Assembly: GCA_965652295.1 (NCBI GenBank)
Contig: CBFGTS010000006.1
Location: forward strand, 192,001-256,000
Source: an uncultured Haloferula sp.
Lineage (GTDB): Bacteria > Verrucomicrobiota > Verrucomicrobiia > Verrucomicrobiales > Akkermansiaceae
Reading direction: 5' to 3'
DNA length: 64,000 nucleotides
Positions 46,601 to 55,680 of the stretch are shown here, one piece after another. The position numbers and the translations under genes were made by a program. Each line of letters starts with the position of its first letter. The first letter of the stretch is position 1. Below the pieces are notes generated by a model. It did not search any database. It saw nothing but the letters and a program-made list of their open reading frames with translations, and was not told the DNA's origin.

Positions 46601-47340
46601 GCCCAGTTCTCGTGGCCGCGGAATTGATCGACGAAATTCGGGTTGGCCGAGCCGTCTAACAAATACTGCTCGACCGGGGCGTATTGGGCGAAGTCGAGTT
46701 CATCCAGGCAGCGGTCCCGGATGGCATTGATGCTGAGCCGGTAGGGTTTGTCGCCTGTGGTGCTGTTCCAGTCCGGGTGGCTGAGCAGGGCGAGTCCGAC
46801 CCAGAACGAGGCGTATTTCGTGCCGGAGTTCACGCGCCAGGTTTCGGCCATCGTGTTCTCGTGGATCGATTTCACCGCGCGTTCGTAGGTCTCCTCGAAA
46901 GCGTCGCTGCCGAGCGGGTAGGCCGGGCCGAGTCCGCCATCGGCGGGGAGCTGGATATGGAGGATCAGGTCACCGGTGCCGGGACGCAACACCATGAGCG
47001 GCAGGATGCCATCGGCGCGGCGTGCTTTTTCCATCGCCTCGCCGAGTCCCTTCATCGGGCCGACGTAGAAGTTCCAGACGTCATCGACCGCTTTCTCAAA
47101 AGGCGTGCCGAAGGCGCCGTAGATGAAGTCGTTGACCTGCAGGCCGGCGAGCGCTCCGGCGCCACCAGACCCGACCTCGCTGACCCGCACGAAATTTTCC
47201 CCCAACTGCAAGTAGCAACGCCCGCCGATCTGTCCGAGCGGGTAGTCCCAGTCGGTCTTCTCAGACGCCAAGCTCCACGGGGCCAGGCAGACCATGAGAG
47301 AGATCAGGATGGAGACTGTGGTGCGCATCGGGCGAATCAT
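43648..47340 (-). CDS. DUF6288-type secreted protein with PDZ-like, PKD/Ig and two PA14 domains
   Basis: PLGQIGGR..VSEVGSGGAG..GLQVND, GLALL; GFLIPRESGTYRFYLAS and AWLVPIETANYRFFASGDD..LVAGQRYYIELLHKE; ends LFFRVELPEAP. Confidence 0.8.
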   Translation of the reverse strand: MIRPMRTTVSILISLMVCLAPWSLASEKTDWDYPLGQIGGRCYLQLGENFVRVSEVGSGGAGALAGLQVNDFIYGAFGTPFEKAVDDVWNFYVGPMKGLGEAMEKARRADGILPLMVLRPGTGDLILHIQLPADGGLGPAYPLGSDAFEETYERAVKSIHENTMAETWRVNSGTKYASFWVGLALLSHPDWNSTTGDKPYRLSINAIRDRCLDELDFAQYAPVEQYLLDGSANPNFVDQFRGHENWALNVAMIFLSEYLQKTKDEQYYPAFQTAAEKLANRVQWWSDRYGRRTPAGGAHAGVHSDYNNCGFNICTSSSFAALALASQVTDISGNKVLDLTVTPRDGRHFGYAAGETKPANAIPEIAPGWDVNEDPSISQKMAWQWQQLKESAHPEFGAVHYWHGLANATFARDGSARTAAATFAYNTFLGGNPVPASEQEPLARMTDYSVRFNREHQYAHTHTISGVVFNHLAMPYWTSQQRRYFFENWKFFWHLAQVADGPPAYFTTLFENDDDCHYLLGELYTALPYGIAKGGLSLVPGWDTDELIIDFHQTPHTWDQPEFRTLITDIGSIDFQLDLTNSLGQALTPDSALWTQLSGPAASNIASPDSLSTQVTFPADGTYMLQLTATHGSRSISEKVRVHVHIRTLPAGYAPGADNSAFAGTGVGETVANIYGTGDWIDTAFILDFQPISESMVRKISGFLIPRESGTYRFYLASRNDSVFYIDLGDESIFTTLCQCTQEPEDYDWTANAEQASAPVYLEAGRAYPIQILHRCDRFQPGPLAVGWTTPSNSNIELMDSSVLAHAVNESEASVAFDPIASIDRAVGNTASLTYRVNSPRAVLYQWYKDGAPIGDPKTSYVLSLYPLNNGSAGEYHCVATTVGHVFTSTPSTVTITDADTTNSGSLTIHYFTETEGTQISDLTDDPGYPWLIDGYGTLGSFYYKTAVQNDNHLGHRVTAWLVPIETANYRFFASGDDRVQLYLSGDEYPEHKSLIAANSDVTGERSWSDGRTGKSDYIPLVAGQRYYIELLHKEDRGASHFSVSWQKEGDPMPTNGQDEIPGSYFQSLNGGHFKTVGNVPPFFPHELHLHNYLGDTLYYDPEKGGTYGDASGNGLANAFYYLFNLGDPRNPSIIPLTPGETSGTPAIQAALDGTCTYSYIHPRNDNQIYSQVSVSSDLITWHPVTAPEAPAQPASSSVETIDADYEIRHLHFPSQTGPLFFRVELPEAP

Positions 47341-47426
47341 GGGGCTGGAGTTTTCGAGGGTGGGGGCACCAGTGCCGTGCCGGACCGTGCCATGCACTGG
47401 CGTCGGGGGTGCGTTTCCGACATCTC

Positions 47427-48251
47427 TCAAACGCGACGGCGACGAAAGAACCCGAGCACCGGTAGGGCGAGGCAAATGATCGTCGAAGGCTCGGGCACCG
47501 CCGTGGTGCCGGCGAAGGAGTAGTTCGTCACCGGATCGGTGCCGAAGGGGGTGACCACGGAGTAGGTCAGCTTGTATTCGAACATCTCGTGAACCGCGCT
47601 CAGATCGAGCCCTACCACGTCGCCGGACTCGCCCGGTCCGTAGGATTCCGAGACCATGACTCCATCATGGTAGGTCGTGTAGCTGGCGGTGAGAGTCTCG
47701 GAGCTGGTCGCGGCGGTCAGGGTCGGCAAATCGGGAAGTTGGATGACCGCGCCGGGAATGACGGCGGGCGACCAGGTTCGCAGCGTGATGGTGGCTTCGA
47801 AGAAGGCGTCGGCATTCTCCAGGCCGTCGCCGAAATCAACCTGGGCCAGTTCGGCGCTGGTCAGGCTGTCGATGGTGAAGTCGAAACGGTCGTTGGTGGT
47901 GGCCGAACCGACCGTGAAGCTGGCGCTCAGGCTTCCCTGCGCAACGTCCTTCGCCAGGCCGGAGTCGGGAGCGACGCTGGCGCTCAGGCCGGGATTTCCG
48001 GAGGTGGTCGATGTGGCGGCGAGCACGTCACCGGCCTCATCGACAAAGGGAGTGATGTAGGTGAAGCCCTGATCGCTGGTGACGATCTCCGAGGCGACGC
48101 CGGCGGTGCCGCCGGCCTGGCGGAAGCCAGCCCGGATGGAGGCGCTCAGTTCGAAGCCGTTCCAGCCACCCGGCGACCCGAGGATCAACGAAGCGGCATG
48201 TCCGGACGACGGGATGACGAATAGCAGGGCAAGGATGATGGGTCGTTTCAT
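47427..48251 (-). CDS. PEP-CTERM surface protein
   Basis: Signal peptide; VPEPSTIICLALPVLGFFRRRRV. Confidence 0.9.
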   Translation of the reverse strand: MKRPIILALLFVIPSSGHAASLILGSPGGWNGFELSASIRAGFRQAGGTAGVASEIVTSDQGFTYITPFVDEAGDVLAATSTTSGNPGLSASVAPDSGLAKDVAQGSLSASFTVGSATTNDRFDFTIDSLTSAELAQVDFGDGLENADAFFEATITLRTWSPAVIPGAVIQLPDLPTLTAATSSETLTASYTTYHDGVMVSESYGPGESGDVVGLDLSAVHEMFEYKLTYSVVTPFGTDPVTNYSFAGTTAVPEPSTIICLALPVLGFFRRRRV

Positions 48252-48276
48252 GGTGGGATTGGGATGAGGAATGACT

Positions 48277-48315
48277 CTGAACCCTACCTGACTGAATCTG
48301 AACAGAACCTGAACA
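48277..48315 (-). promoter_or_regulatory. Direct-repeat motif, copy 2 (four half-sites)
   Basis: CTGAAC (48277), CTGACT (48288), CTGAAC (48298), CTGAAC (48309); spacing 11/10/11. Confidence 0.6.
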
Positions 48316-48371
48316 TCTGGAAAAATTGACTTTCGGTTCCTGCGTTTGGCGTTAGGGCCAGTTCCGCAGCG

Positions 48372-49727
48372 TCACTCGGCGGGCACGGGATAGATAAAGC
48401 GGAAATAGCGGGAATCGTGGTCCGTCTCGTCTGGCACCAGTGCGCTGAGAAGGCCGTCCTCGTCCGCCTTCAGCGGCACGGTCGACCAGGTGGCAAGATC
48501 ATCGGATGTTTGGAGACCGTAGGTCACATTCGGCACTCCGATGGCGGAGACAAGGGTTCCGCCCGTACCGTCTTCGTCGAATCGGCCGATCTCAAACGAG
48601 TCGGTTGGCAGGATGATGTAGCTGAGGTTGCCCTCGGCGTCGAACGGGTCCGACCACTTCTCGTCGGTGTAGAGATTCGAGCCGGTCAGTGTCTTGAGGA
48701 AGGCTTCGATCGCGTTCTTCTCCGTACTGGTGAGGTTCAGTTGTTGAGGCTGATCCAGCGGGCGCGCGAGGCGTTGGTCGAGGCCGGGGACGACGGCGGG
48801 GATGGCGTTGTAGTGGTCGATCACATCCTGCAGCGTCGCCAGGCTCGCGTCGTGCATGAATCCTCCGTGCGGAGTTCCGTCGGCGGCGACGAGGTCGCGC
48901 AGGCTGGGGGCGCGGGTGTTGGCCGTGTCGGTGCCGCCGGCGATCACGCCGACCACGCCGTTGTTGCCGCTGGCGGGGTCGATCGAGAATTCCGGCGGCT
49001 GATGGCAACCGGCGCAGCCCGCGCCGCCGACGTTCGGCGGGCGGACGAAGAGGTTTTTGCCGTCGTTTTCCTGCTGGGTGAAATTCGGGAAGGACGAAGC
49101 GTCAGAGCCGGTCGAACTACGACCTTCATCGTAGCGACTGTCGAAGGACTGGATGCTGCGGACGAACTGGGCGAGCGATTTTCCGATCCGCTCCTCGGTG
49201 ACGGCCGGGTCGCCATGGACCGCTTCGAACAGGACCTGATAGACTTCGATTTCCGACAGCCGGTCGATGAGGTCGCTGAAGGCCGGATCGCCGTCGGTGC
49301 CGCTGAATCCCATTTCGACGTGATCCTGGATGGGCATCGTCGCCTGGTCTTCGGCGCTGTCGGCGCGCTCGTCCCAGAAAAAGCGGGATTCGTCGGAAAA
49401 GCGGGCGTTGACGAGGCGCATCGAGTGCCGGCCGGTGACGCCGGCCACCCCGGCGCTGGCCGTGGCGCTGTCACCGAAGGCCCGCTCCTGATGGTGGCAG
49501 CTGGCGCAGGAAACGGTGGCGTTCCGCGACAGACGTTTGTCGTAGAAAAGCACCCGCCCGAGCGTGGCACCGAGATCGGTGACCGGGTTGTCCGCCGGCG
49601 TGTTGTCGCGGGTGATATAAGCGGGAACCGGCTGGTTGGCGTAGTTGGCCGGCCGGGTGAGGTCCAGCATCGACTGAGCGCAGACAGGGAGGGAGGAAAG
49701 GAGCAGGAGGACGATATGGGGATTCAT
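48372..49727 (-). CDS. Di-heme cytochrome c peroxidase (bCcP/MauG superfamily) with C-terminal domain
   Basis: LGRVLFYDKRLS..SCASCH, FFWDERA, GCAGCH, APSLRD, FMHD; ends YFRFIYPVPAE. Confidence 0.9.
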   Translation of the reverse strand: MNPHIVLLLLSSLPVCAQSMLDLTRPANYANQPVPAYITRDNTPADNPVTDLGATLGRVLFYDKRLSRNATVSCASCHHQERAFGDSATASAGVAGVTGRHSMRLVNARFSDESRFFWDERADSAEDQATMPIQDHVEMGFSGTDGDPAFSDLIDRLSEIEVYQVLFEAVHGDPAVTEERIGKSLAQFVRSIQSFDSRYDEGRSSTGSDASSFPNFTQQENDGKNLFVRPPNVGGAGCAGCHQPPEFSIDPASGNNGVVGVIAGGTDTANTRAPSLRDLVAADGTPHGGFMHDASLATLQDVIDHYNAIPAVVPGLDQRLARPLDQPQQLNLTSTEKNAIEAFLKTLTGSNLYTDEKWSDPFDAEGNLSYIILPTDSFEIGRFDEDGTGGTLVSAIGVPNVTYGLQTSDDLATWSTVPLKADEDGLLSALVPDETDHDSRYFRFIYPVPAE

Positions 49728-49749
49728 GCTTTCACATTGGCCCATTTTA

Positions 49750-49768
49750 CCTGAACCGAAGATGAATC
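49750..49768 (-). promoter_or_regulatory. Direct-repeat motif, copy 3
   Basis: CCTGAACCGAAGATGAATC, 18/19 identical to 42888-42906. Confidence 0.6.
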
Positions 49769-49860
49769 GGCGGGCAGCGCGGAAAGCGAATGAAGAGTTC
49801 CAGTCAAGGAGCGGCGGAAGCCGTCTGCCGATGCGGCCGCGCGGAGGATGAACCGCCCCC

Positions 49861-49910
49861 GAACGCCCTCGAACGCCCTCGAACGCCCTCGAACGCCCTC
49901 GAACGCCCTC
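49861..49910. repeat. Perfect 10-bp tandem repeat (GAACGCCCTC)x5
   Basis: Directly visible, with partial flanking units. Confidence 0.95.
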
Positions 49911-49972
49911 GAAGCGAACTTCAAGAAATCCCTTGCGAAGCTCTGGTACTACTGACCCCTTTCACGACCCCG

Positions 49973-50116
49973 TTCATGCTCCCCATCGCCACCCCGCCGA
50001 ACGCCATCGTCTTCGGCTCCGGCCTCGTCACCCAGCGCCAGATGATGCGGGCCGGGCTGGTGCTCAACCTCGTCTTCGCCGTCCTGCTCACCCTGCTCGC
50101 CTGGTGGCTGCTCTAG
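49973..50116 (+). pseudogene. 3' remnant of a DASS/SLC13 sodium:dicarboxylate-sulfate symporter
   Basis: [33 protein letters not shown] is the family C-terminal signature; the rest of the gene is absent. Confidence 0.85.
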
Positions 50117-50185
50117 TGGCCTCACTCCTTTGTCTGCCAGGCACCCGCGCATCGATCCGCTGACCCCCTTCCCGAGTGACTCAGA

Positions 50186-50199
50186 TGTTCGCTTGAACA
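50186..50199. promoter_or_regulatory. LexA (SOS) box, Verrucomicrobia type
   Basis: TGTTC-GCTT-GAACA about 30 bp upstream of imuA. Confidence 0.9.
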
Positions 50200-50227
50200 T
50201 TTCATCCGCTTGTGTTCCCGTTTCCGG

Positions 50228-50845
50228 GTGACCAAGGCGATTGAGGAACTTCGAAAGGAGATGCGGGAACGTTTCCCGCAGGCGCATGCGTCGCCTCCCG
50301 TGGAGGCTTTCCCGGTTCTGACGCCGGTGGAATGCTTCACCCCGGACCTTTTCCCCGAAGGGGCTCTTTCGGAGGTGATCGGAACCGGTCTTGGCATGTT
50401 GGTCGCCCACCTGCTTGAGAGGGAAAAGGGGGTGGATTTCCCCGAACTGGTGCTGGTGGATAGCGACTGCTTTGATCCCGCTTCGTTCAGCACCGATGCA
50501 TGCTCGCGCCTGCTTTGGGTCCGTTGCGCCACGACCGGCGAGATGTTGAAGGCGACCGACCTGCTGGTGCGGGATGGCAACATTCCCTTCGTGCTGCTTG
50601 ATACCTGCGGGATCGATTGCCGCGAGCTCCACCGCCTGCCCACGGCGATCTGGTGGCGGCTCAAACTCGCGGCGGAGACGACGAATTGCCGGCTCGTCGT
50701 GCTTTCCCTCCAGCCTCACGTGCCGTGTGCCTCACTGCGAATCGCCTTGGAGGCGCGGCTTTCGCTGGAAGATTTCGACCACCCGCGGCGCGGGTTATTG
50801 GAGCGGCTGGAAGTGACGCGCGAAAAGGAACGGAGGCTGGGCTAG
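50228..50845 (+). CDS. imuA: ImuA-like protein
   Basis: FPEGALSEVIG, LVDSDCFDPAS, LLWVRC, KATDLLVRDGN; first gene of the cassette. Confidence 0.8.
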   Translation: MTKAIEELRKEMRERFPQAHASPPVEAFPVLTPVECFTPDLFPEGALSEVIGTGLGMLVAHLLEREKGVDFPELVLVDSDCFDPASFSTDACSRLLWVRCATTGEMLKATDLLVRDGNIPFVLLDTCGIDCRELHRLPTAIWWRLKLAAETTNCRLVVLSLQPHVPCASLRIALEARLSLEDFDHPRRGLLERLEVTREKERRLG

Positions 50846-52314
50846 TGTTCGCGGCCTTGCACCTGGTGGACCTCGTGGCCCTTGCCGCGATGAAGGAATG
50901 CCCGTCCTTGTGGCGAAAGCCTTTCGGCGTGATGGCGTTGCAAGAGAAGGCGCTGGTGGAAAGGGTGAAGCTGCCCCTGCTGGCAGTGAACGACGCGGCC
51001 CGCCGCGCTGGAATCGATGCCGGCTGGCCGCTCAACCGCGCCCTGGTCCGCTGCCCTGACCTCCGGATTCTGCCCCCGCAGCCGCGGCATGAGGCCGCTT
51101 TGCTTGCGGAAATGATCCGTCACGCCGAAACGCTTACGCCGGACATCGAGATCGCGGCACCTGATACCCTCGTGCTCGATCTTTCCCGCGCCACGGCGCG
51201 GCAGAAGGAGCGGCTTGACTGGTTGGAGATGGCCGATGGCGGTGAGCTGCGACACGTCCGAGCCGCCACGCCTGATCTGGCCGCCCTCGCCGTCCGTGCG
51301 GAGAACTGCCACGGCGGGTTTGTCACGGCAGAGTCACTGCATCCCCTGCCGCTGTCCTTTCTCGCGCCGCTTCCCGGAGGGGGCGAGCTGGTGGAGCGCC
51401 TTGAGGACTGGGGGCTCCATACCTTGGGCGAATTCATGAAACTGCCGCATCAGGCGCTCACCGAACGGCTCGGGCCTGTCGCGGCGGAGTGGCACTCCCT
51501 CCTGCACGGGCGAAAGCGGCGGCTGCTCAGACTCCATCGCCCGCCGGAGAGCCTGGCGCAGGAGCTCGATCTCGAACACCCGCTTGCCGAGAGCGAACCA
51601 CTGCTTTTCGCTTTCCAGCGTCTGCTGGGCCCTCTTTCGGCACGGCTGCTCGCCCGCCACGTCGCGGTGCGGGCATTGAGGCTCGGATTCCACTTCGAAG
51701 ATGGGGGGGAGATGTCCCGCACGCTGCGTTTGCCGGAGCCACGAAGCGACGCACTGCTCGATCCCATCCAGCACCTGCTTGATTCCCTGATGCTTCCCGC
51801 TCCGGTTCTGCGCATCACCCTCGATGTCGAAACGTCGGAGCCGGCGGCCACGCAGCGCGATGCCTTCCAACGCCAGCTTCCGCGCCCCCGGCAATGGCAG
51901 GAAACCTTGGCTCGCCTGCATGCCTTGCTGGGCGAGGAGCGGGTGGGCATTCCCGTGCCGTCGGCCGATCACCGAAGCGAGGGCTTTCATCTTCGCCAAC
52001 CAGGGGAGCCGTCCGAGGAAACGGAGGCCTGGCCCTCGTGTCCGGTTCCCCTCCGCCGCTTCCGCCCGCCCTACGAGGTTCACGTCGCCTTTTCTCCGGG
52101 ACCGACACCGCTTGCCATCATCTCCGGGCCTCACCGGGGTGAGATCCTGCGTTTCCGCGGGCCCTTCCTCCACTCCGGTCAGTGGTGGGATGAAACGGAA
52201 GCGTGGAAACAGAGAGAGTGGGACATCCAGCTCGCCGCCGGACTCTTCCGCCTCACCCACCGACCACCCGGGCAATGGCGTCTCGAAGGCTGCTACCAAT
52301 TTTCCCCTCCATGA
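50845..52314 (+). CDS. imuB: Inactive Y-family polymerase ImuB
   Basis: AVNDAARRAGIDAGWPL..ALVRCP, LVLDL, WGLHTLGE, RGPFLHSGQWW. Confidence 0.88.
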   Translation: MFAALHLVDLVALAAMKECPSLWRKPFGVMALQEKALVERVKLPLLAVNDAARRAGIDAGWPLNRALVRCPDLRILPPQPRHEAALLAEMIRHAETLTPDIEIAAPDTLVLDLSRATARQKERLDWLEMADGGELRHVRAATPDLAALAVRAENCHGGFVTAESLHPLPLSFLAPLPGGGELVERLEDWGLHTLGEFMKLPHQALTERLGPVAAEWHSLLHGRKRRLLRLHRPPESLAQELDLEHPLAESEPLLFAFQRLLGPLSARLLARHVAVRALRLGFHFEDGGEMSRTLRLPEPRSDALLDPIQHLLDSLMLPAPVLRITLDVETSEPAATQRDAFQRQLPRPRQWQETLARLHALLGEERVGIPVPSADHRSEGFHLRQPGEPSEETEAWPSCPVPLRRFRPPYEVHVAFSPGPTPLAIISGPHRGEILRFRGPFLHSGQWWDETEAWKQREWDIQLAAGLFRLTHRPPGQWRLEGCYQFSPP

Positions 52315-55300
52315 TGGCTGAATTCCACGCCCGTTCCGCCTTCTCCTTCCTGCGCGGAGCCAGCCAGCCCGAGGTGATGGTCCGTCGTGCCGCCGAACTG
52401 GGTCTTTCGTCCATCGCCTTCACCGATCACCATGGGCTTTACGGGTCCGCCCGTGCCCACCACGCCGCGCAGGAATGCGGTATCCGCGCCCTCGTCGGCG
52501 CCACCGTCGAGATCGGGGGCGCCCCCGTACCCCTCCTTTGTTCCACGCGGACCGGCTATCGCACGCTTTCCCGGTATCTCACCAATCGCCACCTCGGTGC
52601 CCTCGCGCCGCACGCCCGGCTTGATGGCGGCGACCTCATCGCACTCACCGGTGACCGGGAGGGCCCGGTGATCCGCCACCTGCTCCGTGATGACCGCAAG
52701 GCCGCGCTGCAAGCCGCGCAGGGGCTCGTCGAACTTTTCGGTCACGGCAATGTTTACGTGGAAATCCAGCGCCACGGTTTGCGCGATGACGGGCGTCTCG
52801 GCCGCCATCTCATCGACCTCGCCGCGCATCTGAAGCTGCCGCTGCTCGCGACGAATGCGCCGCTCCATGCCGGGCGGACGGATCGCTTGCTCGCCGATGC
52901 CTTCACCTGCCTGCGCCACCACCTTCCGCTCGATCAAGCCGGGCGGCTGCTCGCCCCGAATGGCGAGCGGCACCTCAAGCCCCCTTGCGAGATGGCCCGC
53001 CTCTTCGCCGATCTGCCCGAGGCCCTGGCAAACATCCGCCGCCTCGATGAACGTCTGGGTTTCACGCTGCACGACCTCGGTTACCGTTTCCCCGACTTCC
53101 TGGGTGAGGATGGGAAACCGATGTCCCTCTCCGAGCAAACCGTCCTCTTGCGCCAACGCAGTCTGGAAGGAGCCCGGGAAAGATACGGCAAACCTCGTAG
53201 CGAAGCGCTCGCCCAGATCGGCAAGGAGATCGATCTCATCGACCGGCTTGGATTTTCCGGCTATTTCCTCATCGTCCAAGACATCGTCCGCTTTGCCCGC
53301 AGCCAGGGAATCCTGTGCCAGGGCCGCGGTTCGGCGGCCAACTCGGTCGTCTGCTTCGCCCTCGGCATCACGAATGTCGATGCCTTCCACCAACGTCTCG
53401 TCTTCGAGCGCTTCCTTGCCGAAAACCAACGCAAGTGGCCGGATATCGACATCGACTTCCCCTCGGGAGAGCGACGCGAAGCCGTCATCCAGTATGTCTT
53501 TCAGAAATACGGAGCCCGCGGCGCGGCGATGACCGCCAACGTCATCACCTACCGTCCGCGCTCCGCTTTCCGGGAAATGTCGAAAGTGCTCGGGTTCCCT
53601 CCTTCGTTGGCCGATCGGTTTTCCACGCAGGGGTATCACTCGCAACACGATGACAAGGAGGACCGTGATATCTTCGGCGGGCTGATCCCACCCTCGCATC
53701 CGCGGGCGGGGGCCATGGAGAAACTCTACCAGGCCGTGCTCGGCATGCCCCGCCACCTCGGTCAGCATTCGGGCGGGATCATCATCTGCGATCGCGGGCT
53801 GGATGAAATCGTCCCCATCGAACCCGCCACCATGCCCGGACGCACCGTCGTCCAGTGGGACAAGGACGACTGCGAAGACCTCGGCATCGTCAAAATCGAC
53901 CTCCTCGGCCTCGGCATGCTCGCCGCGATGCAGGATGCGTTCGCGCTTTGTGAAAAGCGCGGCCGACCCATCGACCCCGCCCGCATTCCCCTCGAGGACC
54001 CCGCGGTTTATGAAATGCTTCATCGTGCGGACACGGTCGGCACCTTTCAGATCGAGTCGCGCGCCCAGATGGCCACCTTGCGCATCCTGCGGCCGAACCA
54101 TTTCTACGAGCTCGCCATCCAGGTCGCCATCGTCCGCCCCGGCCCCATCGTCGGCGACCTGCTCCATCCCTATCTGCGGCGACGCAATGGATTGGAGCCC
54201 GTCGATTGCATCCACCCCGATTTTGAACCCGTGCTGGCCCGCACCCTCGGAGTGCCCCTGTTTCAGGAACAGGTGCTCAAGATGGCCATGATTCTCGCGG
54301 GCTTCACCGGCTCAGAGGCGGATGATCTGCGCCGTGCCATGTCCTTCAACCGCACCGATGAGCGGATGAAAAAGGTCACCGCCAAGCTGCGCGAGCGCAT
54401 GGTGCAGGCCGGCGTGGCGGAGGAGGTGCAGGAAAAACTCGTCCATGCCATCGGAAACTTCGCCCTCTACGGGTTTCCCGAAAGCCACGCGCTGGCCTTC
54501 GCGCTCATTGCCTACCATTCGTGCTGGCTCAAGGTGCATTTCCCGGCCGAGTTCTTCACCGCGCTCCTCAACAACCAACCGATGGGCTTCTACTCGGCTC
54601 ATTCACTCTTGCAGGACGCGCGCCGCCACGGCATCCGTGCGCTCCCCGTCTCCTGCGTTCATAGTAGCAGGGAAGCCGAGGTCGTTGATGACCGGACCAT
54701 CCGCGTGGGACTGGCGCAGCTCAAAGGCTTGTCCGGGCACACCCTCGAACGACTGCTCGTCCAGCGGCAGCTGCGCGGCTTCGAACATCTGGAGGATTTC
54801 CTCCGCCGCGTGGCACCGAATGAGCGCGAACGACGCCTGCTGGCCAAGGCCGGGGCGTTCTACGATCTTCCTGACAAGCCTCATCGCCGCGAAGCTCTTT
54901 GGCAGGTGGAACTGCCGCTCCACGACGACCTCATCTCCCCTGCCACGCCCGCTGCCTCCCCGGCGGTTCTTCCAGCCATGTCGCTGAACGAGCGGCTCGC
55001 GGCCGACCTCTCGACCCAGGGCCTTTCCACCGGCCCCCACCCCATGAAACTGTGGCGGAAATCCAGCACGCTCCGGCTCGTCGATGCCCGAACGCTGCAA
55101 ACGCTGCCGCACGGCAAACGCATCCATGTTGGAGGGCTCGTCATTTGCCGCCAGCGTCCCGGCACCGCGAAGGGACATTGCTTCATTTCACTCGAAGACG
55201 AAACGGGCATCCTCAGCCTTTTCGTCCCCCGAAGAACCTTCGAGGAGCTACGGCGGGTGATCGTGAGCGAACCCTTTCTCCAAGCCTCCGGCAGGGTTCA

Positions 55301-55400
55301 GATTTCCGAGGGCCACCAGCGGACGGTCTATGTCACCGGCATCGCCCCACTTCCGGGAGCTCACCAAGAGCACCAGGGGCACTCACACGATTTCCATTGA
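52311..55400 (+). CDS. dnaE2: Error-prone DNA polymerase DnaE2
   Basis: HARSAFSFLRGAS, QGRGSAANS, PDIDIDF, PRHLGQHSGG, QWDKDD, FQIESRAQM, YGFPESHA, RQRPGTAKG; ends SHDFH. Confidence 0.97.
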   Translation: MMAEFHARSAFSFLRGASQPEVMVRRAAELGLSSIAFTDHHGLYGSARAHHAAQECGIRALVGATVEIGGAPVPLLCSTRTGYRTLSRYLTNRHLGALAPHARLDGGDLIALTGDREGPVIRHLLRDDRKAALQAAQGLVELFGHGNVYVEIQRHGLRDDGRLGRHLIDLAAHLKLPLLATNAPLHAGRTDRLLADAFTCLRHHLPLDQAGRLLAPNGERHLKPPCEMARLFADLPEALANIRRLDERLGFTLHDLGYRFPDFLGEDGKPMSLSEQTVLLRQRSLEGARERYGKPRSEALAQIGKEIDLIDRLGFSGYFLIVQDIVRFARSQGILCQGRGSAANSVVCFALGITNVDAFHQRLVFERFLAENQRKWPDIDIDFPSGERREAVIQYVFQKYGARGAAMTANVITYRPRSAFREMSKVLGFPPSLADRFSTQGYHSQHDDKEDRDIFGGLIPPSHPRAGAMEKLYQAVLGMPRHLGQHSGGIIICDRGLDEIVPIEPATMPGRTVVQWDKDDCEDLGIVKIDLLGLGMLAAMQDAFALCEKRGRPIDPARIPLEDPAVYEMLHRADTVGTFQIESRAQMATLRILRPNHFYELAIQVAIVRPGPIVGDLLHPYLRRRNGLEPVDCIHPDFEPVLARTLGVPLFQEQVLKMAMILAGFTGSEADDLRRAMSFNRTDERMKKVTAKLRERMVQAGVAEEVQEKLVHAIGNFALYGFPESHALAFALIAYHSCWLKVHFPAEFFTALLNNQPMGFYSAHSLLQDARRHGIRALPVSCVHSSREAEVVDDRTIRVGLAQLKGLSGHTLERLLVQRQLRGFEHLEDFLRRVAPNERERRLLAKAGAFYDLPDKPHRREALWQVELPLHDDLISPATPAASPAVLPAMSLNERLAADLSTQGLSTGPHPMKLWRKSSTLRLVDARTLQTLPHGKRIHVGGLVICRQRPGTAKGHCFISLEDETGILSLFVPRRTFEELRRVIVSEPFLQASGRVQISEGHQRTVYVTGIAPLPGAHQEHQGHSHDFH

Positions 55401-55680
55401 GGCTGGCGAGCAGCGAAGATTGGGACGGGCGGGCATTGTTTCGGCGGCATGCGCGACCAACGCACCGTCTCTCGCCTTGGATTGAGAAAGTTGAATCAAT
55501 TCTCCTCAATACATCTTGGGCAAAACATTTCCTCTCACCGTCCTATCACGGCCGTCACCCAACCTGACGAAGATCCTTTGGAGTGCCGAAATCCAGACCG
55601 CAAGCTGCGAAATCCTTATCAAAGGAGGGAGATCTCGGGGGAGAGGCGGACCGATTCACCATCGCGCTCCCGATGTCGAT

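Noticed and set aside
39282..49727. Methanobactin or RiPP biosynthetic cluster
   Set aside because: No MbnA precursor, MbnB/MbnC or other maturase is recognisable; only MbnP/MbnH-like domains are present.
49861..49910. Possible CRISPR array
   Set aside because: 10-bp contiguous units with no spacers, and no cas genes.
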